In this document: piece by piece, positions 52,015 to 64,000 of the stretch | How positions within the stretch are numbered: the first letter of the stretch is position 1 | Layout of the letters: each line of letters starts with the position of its first letter | Source of the DNA: Eledone cirrhosa | Lineage: Eukaryota | DNA: 64,000 nucleotides | Assembly: GCA_964016885.1 (NCBI GenBank) | Contig: OZ024743.1 | Location: 346,952,001-347,016,000, forward strand | Direction of reading: 5' to 3' | Made by a program: the position numbers and the translations under genes | Notes under the pieces: generated by a model | The model's database searches: none | Told to the model about the DNA's origin: nothing | Seen by the model: the letters and a program-made list of their open reading frames with translations, nothing else

Positions 52015-52683
52015 CGTGTGCGTGTATGAAAGGATTGAGTAACTTTCTAAGATTATGAAAATAAAACTTTCCGAAATCTATATATCTAGCGCTTTCTCTC
52101 TATGTATGAATATATAAATGTATTTATGCAGAAATATAAAAACATAGACACACACAGAAACATACACACACATATGTTTATATATAATACATACATATAT
52201 ATATTATAATTATGCATATATATATATACATATGTATACATTTTAACGTGGCAGTAGTAAACAGAGAAAGAGAACAATGCTAGAGGAAATTGTAGAGAAA
52301 AATTATATAAATTTAATTAAAAATTTATCCTAAGTAAATCCAATATTTAGCTAAGATTGTTATCATGTTGTAAGGGAGTAAAGAGGATGGGGATATATTA
52401 GATGATTTTTCCTGATAAAAACGCCACAAGAGATCCACGAAAACCTCTTGCCATTTCTCCATTTCTGTTGCCTACACCACCCATGTCTCTATGAATACTG
52501 TTTCAAAATCCATTTTGCCTAGTGAAATATAACGTAATATATATCCCAGCACATACACACACACACATGCGTACACAAATACAAACACGCATACACACAA
52601 ATATACATACACCCCCACACATATTCATACACACGCACTCACGCACACACACTCACACACACACACACATATACATCTCTCTT

Positions 52684-52763
<80 letters not shown>

Positions 52764-52781
52764 TATATATATATATATATA

Positions 52782-52889
<108 letters not shown>

Positions 52890-53633
52890 TATATATATGT
52901 GTGAGTGTATGACCACGCACGCACATACACACACGATTTGTTAATTAATATTTAAAGCATTATTTTACAAATATTTTAATGTTTACTTTTCATTTCGTTT
53001 CTGACAACAATGACTTCACCATTTTCCTTGAATCTAAATTTACGATGTCTCAGCCATTTTTTAAATTATATTATACGTTACTTTATACATCCGAAGACGC
53101 ATAATATATATTGAACAAAGCCCAAGCAAAAGCCAAGGCAGTGGTATATAAACACATACACACGCATGCACGGGCACATACATTCTCATGTAATATGTTT
53201 TTAGAGAAAAATTATTCATGTAACTTTACGTTCCCGTATTTATTTTGAAAGATTCTTGATGCGTAATCGTGCGTTGAAACTGATATTGTTACATTTGGGG
53301 GACGCACCACAAAACAAAAGATAATTGAAAGTCGTTGACGAGGTCAGAGAATGTGTGACGAATATACTTTGACGAATTAACCAACAACTAATAACAAAAT
53401 AAAGTGAAAATGTCAAAATGATTCGATGCGTGTGTATTTTTATGGGTAGAACTGGCAACATAACCATCCCAAAATATAATAATATTTATATATCTTTGAA
53501 GTTTAAACCACATTCACTATTAACGGTTGACATTATTATCGTTTCCGTGATTAGATCTATGCCCAAACATGTTGCAAGCGTAATTATGTATATTTGTATG
53601 TATGTATGTATGTGTACTCACATACGCATTTAA

Positions 53634-55505
<1,872 letters not shown>

Positions 55506-55508
<3 letters not shown>

Positions 55509-58140
55509 TCCCTTGCTTTTATCGAGAATCTAATTGTAATACGTGACGTATTCTATTCTATAGCGATTAGGTCTTCAAAATGTTTATTATAAACATACAG
55601 AATATTTTCGAATATTCTATGTCTATATTCACATATATATCGCTATTTCAGAGCATTTATTCCAATTTCTAATTTCTGCCGGACCGGCAACCGCTCTTTC
55701 AAACCAGTTCCTGTACACAGCTAAGTATTCTATAAGTCTCTAGCTGTGTCATTCTCGATAAAAGCACTGGATATGTAGTCCTGATGAATTCTAACAAGAA
55801 TGAAACGCGTTGATTACTTCCCTTGCTTTTATCGAGAATCTAATTGTAATACGTGACGTATTCTATTCTATAGCGATTAGGTCTTCAAAATGTTTATTAT
55901 AAACATACAGAATATTTTCGAATATTCTATGTCTATATTCACATATATATCGCTATTTCAGAGCATTTATTCCAATTTCTAATTTCTGCCGGACCGGCAA
56001 CCGCTCTTTCAAACCAGTTCCTGTACACAGCTAAGTATTCTATAAGTCTCTAGCTGTGTCATTCTCGATAAAAGCACTGGATATGTAGTCCTGATGAATT
56101 CTAACAAGAATGAAACGCGTTGATTACTTCCCTTGCTTTTATCGAGAATCTAATTGTAATACGTGACGTATTCTATTCTATAGCGATTAGGTCTTCAAAA
56201 TGTTTATTATAAACATACAGAATATTTTCGAATATTCTATGTCTATATTCACATATATATCGCTATTTCAGAGCATTTATTCCAATTTCTAATTTCTGCC
56301 GGACCGGCAACCGCTCTTTCAAACCAGTTCCTGTACACAGCTAAGTATTCTATAAGTCTCTAGCTGTGTCATTCTCGATAAAAGCACTGGATATGTAGTC
56401 CTGATGAATTCTAACAAGAATGAAACGCGTTGATTACTTCCCTTGCTTTTATCGAGAATCTAATTGTAATACGTGACGTATTCTATTCTATAGCGATTAG
56501 GTCTTCAAAATGTTTATTATAAACATACAGAATATTTTCGAATATTCTATGTCTATATTCACATATATATCGCTATTTCAGAGCATTTATTCCAATTTCT
56601 AATTTCTGCCGGACCGGCAACCGCTCTTACAAACCAGTTCCTGTACACAGCTAAGTATTCTATAAGTCTCTAGCTGTGTCATTCTCGATAAAAGCACTGG
56701 ATATGTAGTCCTGATGAATTCTAACAAGAATGAAACGCGTTGATTACTTCCCTTGCTTTTATCGAGAATCTAATTGTAATACGTGACGTATTCTATTCTA
56801 TAGCGATTAGGTCTTCAAAATGTTTATTATAAACATACAGAATATTTTCGAATATTCTATGTCTATATTCACATATATATCGCTATTTCAGAGCATTTAT
56901 TCCAATTTCTAATTTCTGCCGGACCGGCAACCGCTCTTTCAAACCAGTTCCTGTACACAGCTAAGTATTCTATAAGTCTCTAGCTGTGTCATTCTCGATA
57001 AAAGCACTGGATATGTAGTCCTGATGAATTCTAACAAGAATGAAACGCGTTGATTACTTCCCTTGCTTTTATCGAGAATCTAATTGTAATACGTGACGTA
57101 TTCTATTCTATAGCGATTAGGTCTTCAAAATGTTTATTATAAACATACAGAATATTTTCGAATATTCTATGTCTATATTCACATATATATCGCTATTTCA
57201 GAGCATTTATTCCAATTTCTAATTTCTGCCGGACCGGCAACCGCTCTTTCAAACCAGTTCCTGTACACAGCTAAGTATTCTATAAGTCTCTAGCTGTGTC
57301 ATTCTCGATAAAAGCACTGGATATGTAGTCCTGATGAATTCTAACAAGAATGAAACGCGTTGATTACTTCCCTTGCTTTTATCGAGAATCTAATTGTAAT
57401 ACGTGACGTATTCTATTCTATAGCGATTAGGTCTTCAAAATGTTTATTATAAACATACAGAATATTTTCGAATATTCTATGTCTATATTCACATATATAT
57501 CGCTATTTCAGAGCATTTATTCCAATTTCTAATTTCTGCCGGACCGGCAACCGCTCTTTCAAACCAGTTCCTGTACACAGCTAAGTATTCTATAAGTCTC
57601 TAGCTGTGTCATTCTCGATAAAAGCACTGGATATGTAGTCCTGATGAATTCTAACAAGAATGAAACGCGTTGATTACTTCCCTTGCTTTTATCGAGAATC
57701 TAATTGTAATACGTGACGTATTCTATTCTATAGCGATTAGGTCTTCAAAATGTTTATTATAAACATACAGAATATTTTCGAATATTCTATGTCTATATTC
57801 ACATATATATCGCTATTTCAGAGCATTTATTCCAATTTCTAATTTCTGCCGGACCGGCAACCGCTCTTTCAAACCAGTTCCTGTACACAGCTAAGTATTC
57901 TATAAGTCTCTAGCTGTGTCATTCTCGATAAAAGCACTGGATATGTAGTCCTGATGAATTCTAACAAGAATGAAACGCGTTGATTACTTCCCTTGCTTTT
58001 ATCGAGAATCTAATTGTAATACGTGACGTATTCTATTCTATAGCGATTAGGTCTTCAAAATGTTTATTATAAACATACAGAATATTTTCGAATATTCTAT
58101 GTCTATATTCACATATATATCGCTATTTCAGAGCATTTAT

Positions 58141-58146
<6 letters not shown>
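55506..58146 (+). repeat. 310-bp HHR-containing tandem array, right arm (~8.5 units, ribozyme on plus strand)
   Basis: Exact 310-bp period. HHRs at 55775, 56085, 56395, 56705, 57015, 57325, 57635 and 57945. One substitution seen (56629). Ends in (TA)n. Confidence 0.95.
55775..55817 (+). ncRNA. Minimal type I hammerhead ribozyme (representative of 14 copies)
   Basis: Stem I GTAGTC, core CTGATGA, stem II ATTCT-AACA-AGAAT, GAAA, C-GC-G, TT (GUU triplet, cut after 55811), stem I' GATTAC. ACGCGT is palindromic. Confidence 0.88.
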
Positions 58147-58175
<29 letters not shown>

Positions 58176-58269
58176 ACATAAAATACATTATATAATTAAA
58201 GCATAAATTAGCCTGTCCGCCGCTCAAAAGTTCTTCCAATCAAATACCTAATAATATTAATAATATTAT

Positions 58270-60055
58270 TTATTATTCCTTTGTTAGACTCTAAGGCTGA
58301 AACGTAAAAGGGCAATTCAAAAACAAAGACAGATGAGTTTTACATTAAATGTATGAAAAAAATGGTAACGGGTAACAATTAACAATGCAAAAAATAACAG
58401 TAAAAATTCCCGTTATGGGAGAGTGCCATCTAGTTTTAACTTAGGAACCCGACAAAGCTGGAAGGCCTGCAAAGTTTAAGGTTACCGCAGTAGTGGCTTG
58501 AGGATCAGTACTTACAGAAGAGAGGCCATCCTTGAGAAGCGAGTGAACTGGAACGGTTCAACTATGTGGCCGTTGAATTTGAGAACCGAACAGACGCCGT
58601 TATCTATTGCAGTAATCCAGCCCCTGAAGCCAGCTGATTTGAGGAAATCTTTCAGTTATCGAGGTCGATGATATCGAAAGCTTTCGATTGATCCAAATTG
58701 ATCAATCGAAAATACTATCTATGATGTTACTATCTATGATGTATCGGATGAGGTGGGGTTTGTCGTGTATGTGCCTGGTTTGCGTACGTCTGCGACTCCC
58801 CTACCAACTCTCGAAGACCAGCACCAACCTCGTTGCTAACACTTTGGCCAAAATCTTAAACTCTGTGTTTTTCAAAGCTGAGGGCCGGAAATTAACGACT
58901 ACATACCCCTTGTTCGTGTCATTCCTCATCAGAGTTACTATACCCCTAATTACAGAACTGGGTATTCTCCAGTTTGCTTCCATCTTCAGTATATGGCTTC
59001 GAAGCGGTCGGAAGATACTTCTGGCTTGTCGAAACAAATTCGTATGGTAGACCATGAATACAGGGTGATTTACGACTTATAAAATCAGTTAGGGCTTCTC
59101 GTATTTCACCTTCTCTTATCGGCTTTTCGTAGCACTCCGCACCAGCCACCGAGATTCACAACAGACGTCACGGTAGGAACTGTAGCCCACTAACGTCTCC
59201 AGCCCCTCATTTATCCCCAAATAGTCGCACAAAGTGTTTTTGATAAGTCGCACACATCCACTTGGCATCCAATAGTCAAGGTTTATCACAGACCGAATGG
59301 TGACTTTGTTGCCACTTTGCGCCTTTGCCAATGCGACCTCCATATTTCGCATTGAAGAAATGATATAATGCCATTTTCGCAGCTAGTATTTCGGTTGCAG
59401 TACCAATCGTAATCGCCTCTTTTAATTTAGCTAATAACTGCACCTCATTTCTAATGTTTCTATCACCACTACTTTACTAAATATTATTAATTCTACTCTA
59501 ATGGCTCTCTTTATAGTGCACCTCCGCCTTTTGTAGACCAATGTCCCGGCCAACAGAAGCTTAAATATTGCGATAATCCGATCTCTGTGAGCTTTAGGAG
59601 CCGGGAACAGCATGTTAAGCTTCCAATAACCGTGACACCTGTCTACGAGTTCTATCTACGTCAACCATGCCGATCACGAATTTTTTGTTTGAATACGTGC
59701 CCGTTTGAAATTCGAGACAACCTATGCTATCCCTCTCAGCTAAACTAATCAAAGACCTATCTAAATACGATCTAGATGACACTATTCAGTTTGTCTAGGT
59801 CCACACTGGTGAGTTCGTGAAAAGTATACGGTACTTGTCAGACAGGAGGAATTTCCTGATGAGGTTATCAAAATTTGTGTACCCATACTTCTATCAGCTA
59901 CTCCCATACAGTCCCAGCTTATCTCAAATATGCCGTACCAGATCTCAGCGAACAGTAAAGGACAACATGTTCCTAAACAGTCGTCCAAACGTCTGAAGAT
60001 ATCTGGCTATCTGCCCCAATCAGGGCATAGACGGCCAGCATTGTAAAAGCACCAA
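58270..60055 (-). pseudogene. Decayed Tx1-like LINE ORF2 remnant related to copies A-C
   Basis: Fragments NTEFKILAKVLATRL, RIPSSVIRGIVTLMR, CYEKPI..RKSPC and GNKVTIRS with many stops and frameshifts. The 3' end abuts taataatattaataat. Confidence 0.85.
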
Positions 60056-60060
60056 AATTA

Positions 60061-60600
60061 AATAATTGTTTCTACTTTAGGCACAAGGCCAGCAATTTTC
60101 AGTGCATTACTGGTACTTTATTTTATCGACCCCGTAAGGATGAAAGGCAAAGTCAACCTCGGCGGGATTTGAACTCAGATCGTAAAGGGACGTAACTATG
60201 CTGGAAAGCATGGCGTCCGATCCTCTACCGATACTGCCAATCCACAAATTAAATAATGATTTCTAAGCATGGCATCCAACCCTCTACCGATACTGCCAAT
60301 TCAACCCCCTCACCAAAATAACAATAATAATAATAATAATAGGTTCTTATTTTCTTATCTTGGCACAAGGCCAGCAATTTGGGGGAGGGGAATTCGATTA
60401 AATCGACAACAGTACGTTACTGGTGCTTTATTTTATCGACCCTGTAAGGATGAAAAGAAAAGTTAACCTCAGCGGTATTTGAACTCAGACCGTAAAGGGT
60501 CGCAACTCTATGCTCTTAAGCATGGCGTCCGATCCTGGGTGGGATTTGAACTCAGAACGTAAAGGGCCATAATTATGCTGCAAATCATGGTGTCTGACGC
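60061..60600 (-). mobile_element. Cluster of SINE family 2 copies (60061-60245, 60355-60536, plus fragments)
   Basis: Repeated ttttatcgaccc..gtaaggatgaaa and ggatttgaactcaga..gcatggcgtccga blocks. Confidence 0.8.
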
Positions 60601-60802
60601 TATCACAAGAATGGTAAATTTGTTTGAATGAGATTTAAATAAAGGAACACATAACTCATTTCTTTCAGTCAAGTTGTAATCTTAAATCTCTTGTTTCTCC
60701 ATATTGCATATTTTGTTTTTGTGTATTGTGATTTAAAGTGTGAATATATATATATATCTACATACATAAATACGAACATGTATTTCACACACACACACGA
60801 AC

Positions 60803-60845
<43 letters not shown>

Positions 60846-60910
60846 TATATGAAAGACGTAAAATAAGAAAATTTAAAAAATAAAAAATTTACTTACTTAC
60901 TAAAATTTTC

Positions 60911-60992
60911 ACTCCAACTAATTAGTTTCTGTAATGGGATAAAGATAGTTACGTAATGTAACTGTCGAGAATTCATTACGTCATCAGGGAGT
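60911..60992 (-). ncRNA. Type I hammerhead ribozyme motif
   Basis: Minus strand: ACTCC, CTGATGA, cGTAATG..(GACAGTTAC/GTAACTATC hairpin)..CATTACa, GAAA CTAATTAG TT, GGAGT. ACTAATTAGT is palindromic. Confidence 0.7.
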
Positions 60993-61185
60993 CTATTCTC
61001 AGCTAAGTCTCCAGGCAATGCGCGGACACTAGGGACTCATATAAAAATAATAATAATTCGGTGGATGGAACAGCTAGCGAGGACTGAATTCCAAAGCACT
61101 GAAAAAGTTCACTGCTTCTGGTCATATGGCAGATTCTAAAGAATCAATCACGTGACACTGAGGCTAGTCGGAAGGATTGGGGTAG

Positions 61186-61219
<34 letters not shown>

Positions 61220-61433
61220 TCACTTATATATATATGTGTGTGTGTGTGTGTGCGTGTGTGTATGCATGTACATATGATATATATGTATACATTTGTGTGT
61301 GTATTTGAGTATTTACTTTTATAACCGATCTTCTTGTATGCCTTGTAGTGCATTGTACGATGTCCAGAGCAAAACCATCTACTCCTTACTTTGCAACTTC
61401 ATGTTTGGATAACTGCATTTATTGGATTTTATT

Positions 61434-61622
61434 ATAATTGTTTCTACTTTAGGCACAAGGCCAGCAATTACTCAGTTCATTACTGGTACTTTATTTTATC
61501 GACCCCGTAAGGATGAAGGGCAAAGTTAACCTCGGCGGGATTTGAACTCAGTTCGTAAAGGGACGTAACTATGCTGGAAAGCATGGCGTCCGACCCTCTA
61601 CCGATACTGCCAATCCACCGCC
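61434..61622 (-). mobile_element. tRNA-derived SINE family 2 copy
   Basis: Close match to 9337-9521. Confidence 0.85.
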
Positions 61623-62439
61623 CTGGATTTTAATATAATATTGTTGGAAACGTGAATTCATTGTATTTTTATTCACCATTTTTTAAGGTACTTTCCACAA
61701 CAAATGATATTCGTTATACATTATTTTTATAATGTATTCAATCATGAGGCTACAATTATATTAGGGTACCACACTCAAGGATCTCAGTGAAGCCTATCCG
61801 CTCATATACGTATTCAGTTTGGTACTGTCTTTATGGATCTTTTTGGTGGAGGCACGGTAATAAATGAAAGCAACAGATGCATAAACTCATACTAGATATA
61901 TAGATATACGTAAGTACACATAAGTATCATACAAGATATATAGATATACATAAGTACACATATGACTGTACCCTCGCCCACAGACACTCACTCATATGCA
62001 CGCACGTGTGTGATAAAAACTCATTTACTATAGCCACAGATCATCCCAAATATTGTAGCTAAAAGTGAGTAGACGGAAATTTGCTGAAAGTTCATCGGAT
62101 TGACTGCATATGTAATTCAAAGGACTACTCTTGACACAGACTGTGTCATGTTGGATCTCCTGAGAATTACGTTAACTCTTTGAGGGTCTCAAACTGTTTG
62201 GTTACAACACACGTTGAACTAAAATTTGTCTGTAGAATAAGGTATCTGATTAGAAATACTAAGGACTTCGCAATGATAGATCGAGAGACTAGATCCTAAA
62301 TTGATCACAATGTCTATCATGGAAAGAACAATGCTATGTAAATAAACATGTATATATGATGTTATTATGTTCATGACGTTACGTACTCCGCTGAAAGTGG
62401 AAATAACGATGGATTCGATTTTCGTGGAATACTCTACCA

Positions 62440-62710
62440 CGAGGTTAACTTTGCCTTTCATCCTTACGAGCTCGTTCAAATAAAGCACCAGTAATGCATT
62501 GCGTAATTGCTGGCCTTGTGCCAAAAGTAGAAACAATTATTAGAGGGTCGGACGCCATGCTTTCCAGCATAGTTATGTCCCTTTCCGGTCTGAGTTCAAA
62601 TACTACCGAGGTTAACTTTGCCTTTCAACTTTACGGGGTCGATAAAATAAAGTACCAGTAATGCACTGGGATAATTGCTGGCCTCGTTCCAATAGTAGAA
62701 ACAATTATTA
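62440..62710 (+). mobile_element. Two tandem partial SINE family 2 copies
   Basis: gaggttaactttgcctttca..aataaag(c/t)accagtaatgca..agtagaaacaattatta occurs twice. Confidence 0.75.
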
Positions 62711-63350
62711 CTAGTTAGTATCGTTAATCAAACATCCGCAACACCCATCGATAAAAACGATGGTGGTCCATTTATTGTGTGTGTGAGTGTGTTTCCACCT
62801 ATATGTGTGTGTATGTATGTGAAAGTTGTTACAAAAAGCCATTTAGTGCGTTACTTATCCAACAACAAGATTTATAACGCTCGTTAAGGAATTAGTATTA
62901 ATCCTAGCTGGGAAATCGCAGCGAATCTTTTTGAATATACGACAACTGTGAGGAAGAGATGCTGGAAAAGCGAGCTAGAGAAAGATAGAATGAGAGGAAA
63001 AGAGAGAGTGTCAGCTAGAATGAGAGACACGTGATTTGTGCAATATCGACAGAAGCTGAAATACACTGAGACAGATGGAGGAGTGAGAGTGAAAGGAGAG
63101 AGAGAAGTAAAGAGAGAGATGTGATGAGTGTAATAATGCCAAAAACTTGAATTAAACAGAGTGAGAGTTGGAGGAGGGGGAGGGAGGACTGCGTGAAAAC
63201 AAAACAGTAACACTGAAAGGGTGAAACAAAGTGTAAGCGAGAAAGCATATGCATTTGATGGAAAGACTGGTAGATTAGCTAATAATGAACGTGAGGTTGT
63301 ATTTGTATCAGAGGAAGAAATGATTTCAAAATCAGCGCGCGCGTGCGTGT

Positions 63351-63381
<31 letters not shown>

Positions 63382-63398
63382 AGAGAGAGAGATAGAGA

Positions 63399-63447
<49 letters not shown>

Positions 63448-64000
63448 TGTATATGTGATTTTGAACAAAACTTGAGAATGACAGAGGGAAATGAAAAAAT
63501 GCATTTCGGGAGACATGATGAGAGAAAGAAGGGGAAATTGAAAAGAATAGAAAATAACATTTGAAAAATATTTAGAAATTTTAGCATGATCAAGAAGACA
63601 CAAGGAATATATAGGATAGTGATAGGGAATATGTATAATATGAATAAACATACATACATATACGCATGATGGTGGCTGCCCCTCGTTATCGAGTATGGCC
63701 AGTGCACGATATAACATTATAAGTAATTATCAATTAATGCTATCGTGAAATGCTTGTGCGTGAAGATTTTTTTAAAAGTGAGGAAAGAATGTTCTCTAAG
63801 CCAAACCTACTCTCTGAGCGAAAGTATCTATAACCAGAAAAGAAGAAAAGATCAACATCATCGGTAACTAGTGAGCCGCAGGTTTTATGTCGGAGTTATC
63901 CCAGTTTCCTGAGTTGCCTTCTCATAGAAGAATGCCCTGTCAAAGGCTAGAGGTCCTTCTCTCTCAGTGATTTAACCGCGCGATCGGTTATCCAGCCTGA

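Noticed and set aside
63880-64000. RTE 5' UTR-like motif on the minus strand
   Set aside because: Short, truncated by the window edge and only weakly similar.

Overview
AT-rich animal genomic DNA with very dense microsatellites and no recognisable host gene. The (TA)n/(CA)n density and the SINE types suggest a cephalopod or other mollusc, which is an inference. Nearly all non-microsatellite sequence is mobile-element derived. (1) Penelope-like elements (PLEs) of Naiad type: one intact ~813-aa RT + GIY-YIG ORF at 5026-7467(-), one decayed copy at 48293-50505(+), and several stubs. (2) Three intact L1/Tx1-clade LINEs lie head-to-tail at 27594-45272(-), each bounded by (TAA)n, with a decayed fourth at ~58270-60055. 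(3) There are R4/Dong-like and RTE remnants, a deleted Tc1/mariner, two tRNA-derived SINE families and a dispersed hairpin element. The main finding is a 4.4-kb array (53736-58146) of near-identical 310-bp non-coding units. Each unit carries a type I hammerhead ribozyme (HHR) within a highly base-paired sequence. The array forms two divergent arms (~5.7 and ~8.5 units) joined by a 3-nt microhomology and is inserted in (TA)n. This is the expected footprint of a retrozyme-like circular RNA copied by rolling-circle reverse transcription, probably using PLE machinery. About ten further dispersed HHR motifs from several families are also present. All structures were read by eye; no folding or database search was run.
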